Shown one piece after another: positions 37,354-49,378 of a stretch of DNA of 64,000 nucleotides. Under the pieces are notes generated by a model. The model saw only the letters and a program-made list of their open reading frames with translations, ran no database searches and was not told where the DNA came from. Source of the DNA: Sphaerodactylus townsendi (lineage: Eukaryota); NCBI RefSeq assembly GCF_021028975.2, contig NC_059425.1, positions 81,964,001-82,028,000 of the forward strand, written 5' to 3'. Numbering within the stretch: the stretch's first letter is position 1; each line of letters opens with the position of its first letter. The position numbers and the translations under genes are program-made.

Positions 37354-38866
37354 CAGAGGCATACCTAGGAAAAATGGGGCAAAATCTGAGTTTCTCCCCT
37401 CACCCCGTGTAGCCAACCACCCTTCCCCACCATGACCAAACAATGATTTTTTACACCAAGTCATTTCAAAGTCACCATCACATTATAGAACATGCCCCAA
37501 CTCACGAATCTGAACACAGCAATGGTCCATGCCACACAGTGGAAATAATTTTTTTTTATATTTTCAAAATGCTTTCAAAATGTTTTATTACTGCTGTGAA
37601 AAAATATAAAAATGAAATAAAAGGACCCAAAAAGGGACTTCCAAATGGCTTTCATTTGTTTTCCTGTATCACACTCCAGGACGGAAGCAGCATCAGGTTG
37701 GGTATATATGCAGAGACTGAGGAAGTAACTTTTAACTTTTACAAAAACGCCCATAAGACTAGCAATATAGAAGGGATTCCAGCACTTGGTACAAAATCGG
37801 GGTGAGGGGGAAGAGATAGGGAGTTCTCAAATTGCCTAGGTTAAACCCTAAGCAAAAAGGCAATTCACACAAAGCATCAAAAATGCTGCCATTTTTTTAA
37901 AAAAAATAAGGCCAAAATCCATAGGTTTCAAGAGATTGTTCTAGAAACAAACCATGTACTCAGTGTATTTTTTTTATTAAGAGAGAAAGCACCACTCCTT
38001 TAGGAACTTAATTCTGTCCTATCTAGTAGCACGCATATAATAAGGAATTGGTAATTCCTACGATCCATGGGTAGGGAGGCATGTTGGGGAGGGGGGAGGG
38101 AGAGGCTGGGAGAGCTTTCTCTGCCCATGAATCCTGTGATCCATGGGCAGGGAGATGTGCTAAGGATGGGGGGGGGGGGAGATGAGACAGTTTTCTGATC
38201 CATGGGCTGGGAGAAGTACTGGGGATGAAGGGGGAGGCTAGGACAGCAAGTTCTGCCCATGGATCCATATGCAGGGAGGCATGTTGGGGAATGGGGTGGG
38301 GAGGGTGGGAGAGCTTGCTCTGCCCATGGATCCTGCAATTCATGGACAGGGAGACATGCTGAGGATAAGGAGACTGGGAGAGCTTGCTCCCCCCATGAAT
38401 CCTGAAATTCATGGGCAGGGAGGCATGCTGGGAAAAGGGGAAGGCTGGGAGAGCTTGCTCTGCCCATGGATCCTGTGATCCATGAGCAGGGAGGATTGGT
38501 GGCCCAGGGAAAATGGCCCCCAGGGCAACATCTGCTCAAGGTGCTCCCCCCATGCCCCCACACCCCACTTACCTTAGCTGGTGATGGTCCTGGGAAGCCT
38601 GGCTGGACCTGGCAGGGCAGGGTCAGGCAGGGGCTCGCAGCAGTGGCCTCGGCTGGGCCAGGCCGAGGGGCGCCTGTTGCAGCCTACACTGGGCTGTTGG
38701 GCAGAGGGCCAAGGGGCGCCTGGCTGTGGCCTACGCTGGGCCTGGCGGGGCTGGGCCAAGGGGGGAAGGAGGAGGGGTGTGCAAGTGATTTTCTGCCCCC
38801 ATGTGACCCAATGGCAGTTGCCCAGGGCGTTTGTCCCTGGGGCACCCCATGGTAGCTCCGCTTCTC
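37354..38866. mobile_element. Long hAT-type MITE, apparently nested in another GC-rich MITE starting near 36837
   Basis: Ends cagaggcatacct / agctccgcttctc; degenerate 8-bp TSD caaaggtc / caacagtt; contains a minisatellite. Confidence 0.55.
38063..38495. repeat. Minisatellite, about 6.3 units of 60-75 bp with a palindromic junction
   Basis: Recurrent ctgcccatggatc-ctgt-gatccatgggcag with G-rich spacers. Confidence 0.85.
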
Positions 38867-38883
38867 CAACAGTTCAAAGACTG

Positions 38884-38920
<37 letters not shown>

Positions 38921-39374
38921 TGTAGGTTATAATTAGTGTCTAGTTGATTTTAAAAATATCCTGATTGCTTGCCAGAATCTACCAAATGGTGCTTTCATTA
39001 TAATTCATAGGATGTAATGTTCTGTGGCAGGTATGTATCAATTATCAATAATAAGCTTGGAAATAGTCTTTTGTAATATGCAGACAAGAAGAACTAGCAA
39101 AGGACATTGCTGGTACTAAATTACATTTTCAGTATTTTAATACAAGTATCCCTCTGGAGGCCTGGCTTCTGATAATACCTCTCTTTTCTTGCCCGTCATT
39201 TTCTTTGCCCAGATGCTATTTGGGCCCAGGATTACTGTGATTAATTTATCATTTTTGAATAGTCATTCTCTGAAGCAATGAAAAGGCCAAATTATCTCAA
39301 TTTGCTGTCATTAAGTCAAATATCGAAGGAACAATTTATGGGTCAGAACAAGCCGTGTGTGTGTGTGTTTACAA

Positions 39375-39553
39375 ACTGAGGTTGCAAATGCCATAGCAGA
39401 CCAGGTGCTTGGGAGCAACAGCAGCACAAGTCCATTGCTTTCACATCCTGCATGTGAGCTCCCAAAGGCACCTGGTGGGCCACTGCGAGTAGTAGAGTGC
39501 TGGACTAGATGGACTCTGGACTGATCCAGCAGGCTCATTCTTATATTCTTATG
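39375..39553 (+). mobile_element. CR1-type 3' end with TTCTTATG tail
   Basis: tgctggactagatggac...ctgatccagcagg...ttcttatattcttatg. Confidence 0.75.
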
Positions 39554-39815
39554 ACTGAAAAACCCAATTAACCTTTGATACAGACTAGGGATCCTCCTAG
39601 TAGCATACAGCTGATGACAACCGTAAGCAAAAGAGGAACTTCTTTATATACAGTCTGAACAACCTAATGCAACATATAAATATAAATACATAAATGTTGA
39701 TCCATGCCTTGATTTTTTCCTTAACCCCCACCCTCTGGCATTTATGCAGCTGACTGGATGTGTCTTGAAATCCAACTGTGTTACAGATGATGGCAGCACC
39801 CAAATATTTAACTAA

Positions 39816-40076
39816 GGGCCTTTCCCCACTTACCGTAAGCCCTGTGCTACTCTCCTCATGTAGCATGGGGTCCTGGGGCACACCCCATGACAGCAGCGGT
39901 GACAGCGCAGCTGCCCCGAAGCTGCCGCTGTCGCACCCCCTCAGAGTGCGGCATCCCTGGCACTGGAGAAAACGGCGCCTTTTGATGACCCCGCGTAGAG
40001 CTCGGGGTCGTGGGGATGCCGCGCACTGAGAGCAGCACGCGGCATAGAGGGGATCAGGGTGAGTGGGGAAACGCCC
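39816..40076. mobile_element. GC-rich Harbinger-type MITE, second copy
   Basis: TSD TAA; colinear with 26115-26396. Confidence 0.88.
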
Positions 40077-40117
40077 TAAATTGTAACACTATCTCTGTTT
40101 GGTCATATTATATATAC

Positions 40118-40335
40118 ATTTAAATTATCCTGATATTTGTTGGGAGTCAAACCCTTCCATGACAATCAGATCCAACACATTTATCACTTGCCTTGCAGGC
40201 AATTTCATGGTCCAGAAGGTGGAAGAAGTAACAAGGGGATCGGCTATTTTAGATCTGCTCCTAACCAATAATGATGATCTGATTAGTGGAGTAAAAGTGG
40301 TAGGATCCTTAGGTGGGAGTGATCATGTTCTCCTG
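40118..40335 (+). mobile_element. CR1 endonuclease fragment
   Basis: NYPDICWE...NFMVQKVEEVTRGSAILDLLLTN...GSLGGSDHVLL. Confidence 0.9.
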
Positions 40336-40524
40336 TGTTACTTATCTGTTGTTTGAAAATAACCTATAAATAAATAATATTTTTTGTGTTTATATATACT
40401 GATCCTACTTCAGTGAATTCCATATTCTTCATGTGTACCATGAATCTTGCCTCAAGGCAGTGAACTCACTCCTATACCTTGCCTATCCAAAAAAAATGTG
40501 GCCAACAAACCTGATTCCCTACAA

Positions 40525-40687
40525 CAGTGGTTCCCAACCATTTTTCACTTAACATGCCCCTCGGCAATCCATTTCCCTAAAATTGTACCCCCATATTAAC
40601 AAACACATTATGTAATTTTTTCACGTATCCCCAAACACTCTGGCATGTATGCCTGGAGGTATGTGTATCCCAGTTTGAGAACCACTG
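40525..40687. mobile_element. hAT-Charlie MITE
   Basis: TIR cagtggttcccaac / tttgagaaccactg; TSD ccctacaa / ccttgcaa. Confidence 0.75.
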
Positions 40688-40777
40688 CCTTGCAATCATA
40701 GGAGGCTGTGTTAGTCCCCTCAATTGATAGAAAAGGCCTAAGACTGACACCTTGTCCTAATTTAGCATCATTTTGTC

Positions 40778-42051
40778 CAGGGGCATAATGCCCATTGGGC
40801 AAGGTGGGCAGCTGCCCAGGGCATCACCTTGTGGGGGGCACCAAAAATGCAGGGTTTGTTTTGGGGTACTTTTAGTGGTTTTTCGTTTTTGGCATGCAGG
40901 GGGCGCAGTTTTTAGGCTAGTGGCACCAAACTTTCAGTGTATCATTAGGAGACTCTCCTTATGCTACCCCCCAAGTGTGGTGCAGTTTGGTTCAGGGAGT
41001 CCAAAGTTATGGACTCCCAAAGGGGTGCCCCCATCCCCCATTGTTTCCAATGGGATCTAATAGGAGATGGGGGCTAAACCTTGAGGGTCCATAACTTTGG
41101 CCCCTCTGAACCAAACTGGGGGTATCATTAGGGCAGTCTCCTGATGAGACCCTGAAAGTTTTGAGACTGTGCCTTCAGAAATGTGCCCCCCCCCCCCCGC
41201 AGCCTGCAACCCCCATTGACATTAATGCAGAAAATTCAATGCAGAACAAAGATTCTTGGGCAAATGTCTGGGATGTTCCTGCAGGGGGTGCATTTTTGGA
41301 TGTATCAGCACCAAAATTCCAGGGTATCATCGGGAGACTGTCCTGATAGCACCCCCCAAGTTTAGTGCAGTTTGGTTTAGGGGGGCCAAAGTTATGGACC
41401 CTCAAAAGGGTAGCCCTTTGAGAGTCCATAACCTTGCTCCTCCTGAACCAAACTGCACCAAACCTGGGGAATATCATTAGAGCAGTCTCCAGATGATATC
41501 CTGAAATTTTGGTGCCAATACATCCAAAAATGCACCCCCTGCAGGAACATCTCAGAAATTTGCTCAAGAATCTTTGTTCTGCATTGAGTTTTCTGCATTG
41601 CTGTCAATGGGAGTTGCAGGCTGCGAGAGGGGGGCACATTTCTGAAGGCACAGTCTCAAAACTTCAGGGTCTCATAAGGAGACTGATCTAATGATACTCC
41701 CCAGGTTTCGTGCAGTTTGGTCAAGGGGGGGGGGGCAAAGTTATGGACCCTCAAAGGGGGTGCCCCCATCCCCCATTCTTTCCAATGGGAGCTAAGGAAA
41801 TGGGGGCTACCATTTTGAGGGTCCATAACTTTGTCCCCACTGAACCAAACTGCACCAAACTTGGGGGGTAAGGACAGTCTCCTGATGATACACTGAAATT
41901 TTGGTGGCAATATGTCTAAAAATGCATTCCCTGCAGGCACCAATGACCTGGTGCAAAAAAAATTTTTGGTTGTGGTGGGGTGGCCACCCATGGGGGGGGG
42001 CATCCAACTCAGGTTTTGCCCAGGGCTACAGTTTGCCTTGTTACACCCCTG
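40778..42051. mobile_element. hAT MITE with an internal foldback of about 1 kb
   Basis: TIR caggggcataa / ttacacccctg; TSD attttgtc / gttttgtc; inverted arms about 40893-41410 and 41413-41935. Confidence 0.88.
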
Positions 42052-42668
42052 GTTTTGTCTGTCAGGCAATACTCTCTTTATTTTATTTAAAATATTTAGT
42101 GATCACATTTTCTCCACCAATTGTGGACTTCAGGTGGTTTGTAAATGACTACATGAGGCCAACTTCTTTAGTATAGTATTTTCACAGTTGCTCAGATTAC
42201 ATGCTCTGATCTCTCTATGAGCTATACATGCAACCTGGATGGAGTGTCATGCATACTGCATGCATGATTCCTTGTCTCAGTCCAACAGCCACAGATGTTC
42301 TCATAGTCCTTTAAGAAAACCTGAGTTCCTGCCAATTGACTGTCTGGAAAGGGAAAGGGGGGAGGTACTTAGTTACTCCATCACAAAGCTAAGTGGTGGG
42401 GATTTATCAGCCCATTATGCATGAGGTACTTACCCTGCAGCTCTTTCCTCTGAAGTGAGATTTTCCCACATCTTTTGATGCACATTTGGGCAGAGTCTGT
42501 GCACATCTTCCATTCCCCCCCCCCTTTGATTCCCTCCATGCTCTCCAAAACTGGCTTCAATAAGCAACAACAAGGCTCGTGAGAGAAGGGGGGAGGAAGG
42601 CAAGACAGGCATGAGTGTTTTTTAATTTTGTCTTGGTTTTTTGCTTTGGTTTAGCATTCAATCCCTCC

Positions 42669-43243
42669 TGTGATAGAGCCTCACTAGAAACTGAAGGAAA
42701 CAGCACCTCTTGATCCTTCAGAACTGGTGGCTAGTTAAGTGGGAGGAACTCTGGTGGTGAAAGACAAGGAGGAGATAGAAAGTGTAACCCATTGTGATTC
42801 CCTGCACTTGGAAAGCAAACTGAGAAGAAAAGCAGCTGTGATGAATTGGTTTAGGCTTCAGGAAGAAATCTACGAACTCATACCACCCTGTTAAACACCT
42901 TTGCTCCTCAGAGAAACCAAATTGGCCAGCCAAATCGTTTAGATCAAAGGATTGTTTAAAAGGACATGGCAGGAAGGAAGTTTTCCTGAGAAGTAAAGAA
43001 ACAAAGGTTTAAAAATTCCACTTTGGGCCAGACAAGAGAAAGCAGCTCTTGGTCATGGGTCCTCTGTTTGAACAAAGGAATCTAAAAGGAACATGCTTAG
43101 CTGAGGAAATTTATGTGAAAGCAATTTTTTAATTTTCCATTTGAAATAAAGTCTTTGGAAACTCAGCAGTCTGGAGAGTCTGGTTGGAAAAGAACCCAGG
43201 GAGAGGAACAGGATTGAATCTTCCACAATCCTGATCTTGTGAC
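42669..43243 (+). mobile_element. Possible old solo LTR
   Basis: TGTGA...TGACA ends, tttaaaa TATA-like site, AATAAA about 95 nt from the end; no convincing TSD. Confidence 0.3.
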
Positions 43244-43342
43244 AGTAGCATTTAAACAGCTTTCAGAAATTGAGGGGCTTCTCAGATCTGCTGTGGGGTG
43301 AGTGCTGGAGAGGCAGAAGAGCATGCATTAGGGAAATCAAAC

Positions 43343-43497
43343 CTGCAGGGAATGCATACTCAAAGTGAAAGAGACCAAACATGCGTAATGGACCATCTTC
43401 TAAAAGAAGTCTCCGCTGCTTCATTTGCTGCTCTTCTTCATGCCTAGAGTTTCATTCACACAATCAGCAGACCAAGGAGTTAAGTGCTCTTGTGTTT
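43343..43497 (-). other. Candidate exon, - strand, with two possible acceptors (43497 and 43443)
   Basis: Acceptor ttttatcctcag| or actctag|; donor gcag|gtttga. Confidence 0.35.
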
Positions 43498-43533
43498 CTG
43501 AGGATAAAATGCAAACAAAACTTGTTGCTGCAG

Positions 43534-46500
43534 ATGGTGAGAACTTTCTTCGCTCAAATAAAGACACAACAACGACAGGCTGGAAAAGGAATGGGCTGCA
43601 GCCCAGTTTATTAATATATAATAATCAATAACATGATCAAACTTCAACTATGTACAAAATGAAGCTGGGCGGCAAACGGGTCGCACATCAACATCCCAAT
43701 CTCCATTGGGAAATGTCGGGAAGGGAAGCCCCAGAGATATCACTCCAGCTTCCACCCTTCCCGCCTTTCGTTGAGGAGATCGGCACCGGCTAAGCTCCAT
43801 GGTCACCACCGCACGCCTCTCCCTCTCCCCTGTTTGCTGGGGTGTTGGGCACCGGCTAAGCCTCCACGTGCCACCCATCGGCCTGACCTCCAATCTCCCA
43901 CTCCCCTGGGGTGTCGGGCAGCGACCCGGCCTGCCAGCCTCGCTGCCTGCCCGGCCCCCACCCCGCCTCCCTTCCATTATGGGCACAAGCCTCGGGGAGA
44001 ACCTGCCGGAAGGCTCAGTTTTCTCCCCAGGGATGTGCTAATCAAGAAGTCAGCAAGCCGCCGCCACGAGCTGCCCCTCTCTACAGCCCCCCTACCAAGC
44101 TTCGTAAGCCTGAGTCTATCTGTTCCTCAACAATCAGAGGAGGGTGTATGCCACTGATTGCAGCCAAAGGTCCAAGCCCTGATCGGGACAGGTGGACACC
44201 ATCTGGCTCGAACAGATCTTTGTTATCCCATGCGAAATCTCTGCATGGTCCGGGCACACCGGCCCCCCGAGGGGAGAGCACCACCCAGGTGTCAGCCTTT
44301 GTTGACCTTCCGGCGGGCTCCTCTGTCCATGGTCAGTGGTCTATAGCTCCTCCAGTGCACCCGGGCTGGAGGAGATCTGACCACACCAAAGTCATGCCAG
44401 GCCGGGTGCTTCGGCCAGGCTCTGTAGCATGGTGGCCACCGCCCATCTCAGTTCAAGGCCCGACCTGGCCGGGAGGTCCTCCTCCCAGGTGGACAACCAG
44501 TAAACCGTCCGGGTGCGGGCCAACTGGAAATGTATTCTATAAGCTTGCATTCAAGCTCGGCCCCATAGCATGCTCCCTTGCCCCCTAACCAGGGTGGATT
44601 CTAATGCGGAGCCGCGGAGTCCGCGATGCCGCCCCAATCGGGATGAGCAGGCGTAGGTCCCCGGGCTTGATTGATGATGCTGTGCCCCACGCACCCACAC
44701 CTGGTCGGAAAATAGTCTGCGCGGCACCTGGAGGCATCTTTGAAAGGGAATCAACATGTTAAGTGCAGGGCGGATGTAAGTTCTGAAAAGCGTCCGGAAA
44801 GCAACCACCTGCCCAAGGTGCGGATTTCGCTATGGGCCCCTGCCCTGCTGGGCAGCCATAAGCGTTGTGGTGGCCCCAATCCTGAAGCGAGTGTAGGGCC
44901 TAACTCGGGCGGCTGGCAACCCTGCCCGGGCCAGGCAAGCCCCTCAACACCGCCAGCATCTGGAACCTGGTGAGGGGGACCCATCCTCGCACCAGGAGCA
45001 TCCTGCCTTGCCGTGGGCCTGTGGCGGAGCCAAGTGGTTAGTGAGGGAGGGGGTAGGTCACATCACCCGGCAAACACCGCATCGCGGGACCCAGGCACCA
45101 TGGCCCTCCTGATCGGTTTTTTAGAATGGGCAAGCCATGCATAGACCATGTCTCCGATTAGCACTGGTGGTGCGCCGCTGCAGCACTGTACCTGGAAGCC
45201 GGTCCCTGGTGGGGCCACCAGCTCCCCGCCTGAAAGCCCCGTGATGCGCTTACAGGTGGAAAGCATCTGTAAAGAGTATGGCGCTTGTAGCGCGGCAGCG
45301 CACACCTGCCGCAACTCCCCTGCGTGATTGCCCTGAGCACCTCCCCTGCGATGGGGCGCTTCTTGAAGTCCCTAAGCTGGCTGGGGCCCTTTGTGCCAGC
45401 CGGCCAGCCAGCCACCAGTCAGCGGACGAGCGAATGTTTTAGTTACATCCGGGAAGCCAGAGATCCTGCACAAAATGCAATCCCCGCCAGTTGCACCTTC
45501 CATGGGATCGTGGATGGCCCGCCCATGGAGGCAGGAATCCAGGTAATTCCAAGTAGGAGGTCTGTATCCACCCTCTAATTGCAGGACTGACCGCCCTGTC
45601 GCCACGGGCGAAGCTCTAAAGTCACGCATGGCTCTGGTTCGTGACTGGTTGCCACGGGTCGGGCCGGCCACCCAATTCTAAAACACCTTGTACGGACGGG
45701 CTCGCAGCCAAGGTTCCACAGGGACGCCGGCACCACGCTGAACAGTTTTGCCCTCGGGGCCAGGCGCCTGAAGTTTATCCAATTGCTGGCGAGATGAAGG
45801 CATCAGTAATCTTCATTCTGCAAACCTGGAACGAAAAGCAGCTTTAAAGCGAGATGTAAGCACTTCAAGCAGGTAAGAACAAGATCACAAGACCAGACGC
45901 GATAACCTCGCAGATTTGCTTGATTGTCTGTTCACCACATGCACAACGGCCTGGTTGTCGCGACCAGAAGAGCAATTCCTCTTATCGAAGCCAACAGTCG
46001 CAAGCAGATGTGCACCGCTTACCAGAATGGGGAAACAGTCTGGTTGTGTCAAGAAAACGTATATAGGTCACTAGTGATTCCTAGTGCGTACCAAGATGCC
46101 CTGTGCCCAGTGACCCTGGAAGTATACATAGGAAACCAGCGCCCTGAGGCGCCAGAATGCACCTCCAGTCTCCAGGCTCAGGTCTCTAAGCAGACGCCTG
46201 CCACAAGGAAATGCCATTAAAGCCCTGGAGAAAGGTTTGCCAAACCTTAAGGTCCCTCTTCAGTCCCTTTGTAACCCTAATGTGATGGTTGGGGAACCTG
46301 TAGCCAGACAAAGACCTCGCCAGCCGGAAGCAGAATGTTCCGCCTGGTGCCACCACCCTGCAGGCAAAATTACAGGTGACCCAGCAAGGGATTGGATTCA
46401 GGCGCATTCCTGCATTTTCAAGAGGGGCATGGATCGACTGGGATTAGGGTTGGCTAGAGCGCAGCAGCTTGTCTCTGGGGGAGTGAGGGATGTGCTGCAT

Positions 46501-49279
46501 GGACCGCGGTCCAGCCAGGCGCCTTGGTAGCTGAGGGCTGGCTGCAAGGCCCTCCTCGCCTCATTGGGAGCTGGGCAAAGGGACCCCTACTTCGGCTGCC
46601 AGCGCTTGAAAGGCCCCAGGCAGCGCTGCTCCTCACACTCTCTGGTGCCCTGCCTGCCGCATAAAACAGGAAATCATCCGGGTAGTGTGTCACCAACCCG
46701 GAGGGCACCCTCTGCCTGGAAGGCCCATTCGAGTAGTGTGCGCTTGAAGGCCTCGAATGCGGCACAGGCTATGGGAGCATCCTATAGTACTATTTCCTTG
46801 TCCACGCATCTTTCAGAGCCCTTGAAAGTGCGGATGCCCAACAGCTCAAAAATCTAGGGGAGAAATGGGCAGGAGAGCCGGAAGGCGGACTGGATATCGC
46901 GATTTTGCCAGTACTGCACCCGGGCAGCTTTGCCTGATAAGGCTGATGGCCTCGGCCTAGGGTGGCATACCGCATTCGTGCATACCCCGGGGTCCTATGA
47001 AATCGTTAACTGAGTCAGCCCCGGGCGGGAGAGGTGGTTGTATCGAGGCGAAACTCCCCGGAGCCTCTTTAGGCAACTACATGCCAATGGGGAGACCCTC
47101 AGGTTGGGTAGTGGAGGCTGGCTGGTGGGGACCGACAATTCGACCCCGGCCCTCACTTCCTTATCCATGCTTTGTCTCGCCACCTCACATCGGGGTGATC
47201 CAGGAATCGGGATTTTAAGTTGTTGGCCCTGGTAGGCGCTTCCCTGCACCCCCCACCGGTATGGGATTCCTGAAACCCGCTGCAAAGCCATCCCCAAAGC
47301 AGGCTTTGAGCTGCACCCTTGTCAGGGCTAATGCTGCAGCCAAGTCTAACAGCACCCCCAGCCTGCGACGGGTGTGGGGGCCAAGGTCTGCAGCGCAGGC
47401 TGAAGTTTCAATGCTTTTTGGGAGGCAGCAGCGCCTTACTGCGCCGCCGGCATCCTTCTGGAGAGGCGAGCCCGGGCGCCTGTGGGAACCGAGCTCTGCC
47501 GAAAAGCGAAGAGGCGGCCGCACTGGCTTTGTGCAGCCCACCCCTGCTGTGGTTTCCAGAACAATTGGAGCAAACGCATTGACTACATGCCTCTTGCATT
47601 TTGGTGCGGCTGGCAAAGCGCCTCTATTAAATTCCAGCAAGTCCCTTTCGGCCACCCCGGTCCCAGGTAGCTTCTGGGAGGCCTCACCGGGATTGGCGGA
47701 GGGTTCCGATGCGTCCCTTTCATGGTCGGGCTGGACCACGCACCGGTCCATGTTTGGTCGTGGATGAGGTCCCAGCTAAAGCGGCTCTTATAGGCGGGAA
47801 GCGGATCTTGCGGATAGCCTCATCTTAGGCTATGGTCAGCGGGTTCGCCGGACCATGGACCGGGCTCCCGCAGCTTACCGAGGTGCCATATGGGGCAGAT
47901 CAAGTGCCAGCACGCAGGGGATGAGCGGCCGCTATCAGGGCCAGGTATTTAGTAAAGCCCCTGCAACCAGTTGTTAAAGGTCCGGCTCACGCCCGCTGCC
48001 GGATCCCTTCCGTTCCTTTATGCGGCCTCTTTGCTCCCGGACAAGCCTGCTCCCCCTCCCGCCGCAGGCATCACTGAATAACGTCCACGTAATACCCGCC
48101 GGTGAGCCCGCTCCCGAGCTTCCTGAGGAGAGTGGGACCCGGAGGGTTCCCGTTGTCGTCGGGGACCGCGCCCGGTAGATGGCGCCTCCAACCCCGAAGG
48201 AGCCTGGGCGTTTTGCTAGCCAGGGGAGAGCAGGCACCTTTCTCCCCTTGAAACCAGAACTCCCCGCTAGCCTGCATTTCATCATCCTCCAGTTGACTCT
48301 ACCCGATGAAGCAGGAGCTGGGCGACCAGCCTGGAGGACCGAGGTGTCGCGACGACAGCTTCTTCCTCCAGCCCCTCTCCCGGCTCCCGGAGGAATCACG
48401 GGACGCATCCACCACTTCGGCGTGGACGCAGCTCACTGGAGGAGACAGCTGGAGTTCTTCTGCCGGTCCGCCCGCCAGGCCCACTCCCTCCGCGCCAGCG
48501 GCCGCCGGTGTGGATGGCTCCGGGTCCCCCGATCGGCCGGGGGTCCCGGGACTCCCGGACGATCCGCCGAGGGCTTGGGAGAGATGAAGCAGCGTGTCCC
48601 CCAAATTCCGGACCAGGGTGGGGTTGGGAGTTGTACCACCGGCAGGCACGGAGGAGGCAGACGCCAAGCCAGGGCCCTGGTGTGCCCCAGGGATCACTTC
48701 CCCGGATGAAGAAGGCTGCGCCGCCGAACCCGCCGACCTGCCCCTGCCTATAGGGGATAAGCCCAAGGCTGCCGCGGCAACTGCCTGCGCGGCCGGGCAG
48801 CAAGCCGATCCAACTCCGACCCACATCGGGGGGCTCCTCCCCCACTGCCCGGGCCGTCTGGGCACGCACTCCTGGTAGGAGGGCCGGGCCCTGCCTGAAG
48901 GTGGCAGGTCCTCCTGGGAGGAGCTCCTTGCTCTTCATGCCCGCTTTGGAATCCCATTAAGCGGCGCAGCTGAGACCTGGCCAACAGCCGAGAGTGAAAA
49001 TAGGGGAGAAGTGGTGGAGAGGAAAGGAACGAAGAGAAAGTAAGCACAGGTGAAGTCAGACCAAGAAGGAGAAGCTGAGAAGAGGTAAGGAGTAGACCAA
49101 GCAAGAGGGAGAATGGCTGCAAGACCAGGCTCCTTCCAGGCCTTACACTCGACTCAGTTCTGCACACCACGCCTTTCTGAGTCTCGCCGCCGGGAAGGGC
49201 GAGGTCTGGGTGGGGCTTTCTTATATACCCTGGCTCCTCCCGCCTTTACCGGCTGGGAGCCAATCAATGCACCCTGTTT
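43534..49279 (-). mobile_element. Ngaro-type (DIRS order) tyrosine-recombinase retrotransposon
   Basis: On -: gag-like region with EFNRG..CK..CSNCSGNH knuckle (about 47650-47540); RT GFAAGFR, PPLPNLRVSPL, VTHYPDDFLF, DLKVWQTFLQGFNG; RNase H DNQAVVH; YR GELVAP, SK(TDQ), (F)RIGAA; SGNH hydrolase LLVVHLGG, VWSDLL, DGVHLS; AATAAA at 43607-43612. GC- and CpG-rich with many frameshifts. Confidence 0.9.
49221..49264 (-). promoter_or_regulatory. Putative internal promoter of the Ngaro element
   Basis: On -: ATTGG (CCAAT box) at 49260-49264, GC-box-like ggcgggagg, TATATAA at 49221-49227 upstream of gag. Confidence 0.5.
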
Positions 49280-49332
49280 CTGCAGCATGCCGCCAAACCA
49301 TGCTTGCAACTTATTTTTGCTCCTTGGCTCAC

Positions 49333-49378
49333 CCCGGCAGCAATGGCTGCCCCCGGTTATTCGGTTGCAGCTTTTTTC
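49333..49378 (-). other. Candidate 46-nt exon, - strand
   Basis: ttgctcttcctccaag| ... ccggg|gtgagc; two frames are open. Confidence 0.4.

Noticed and set aside
38063-38495. CRISPR array
   Set aside because: Vertebrate context, no cas genes, degenerate repeats and mutually homologous spacers: a minisatellite.
43444-43497. Two in-frame TGA codons as selenocysteine read-through
   Set aside because: No SECIS identified and no selenoprotein similarity.
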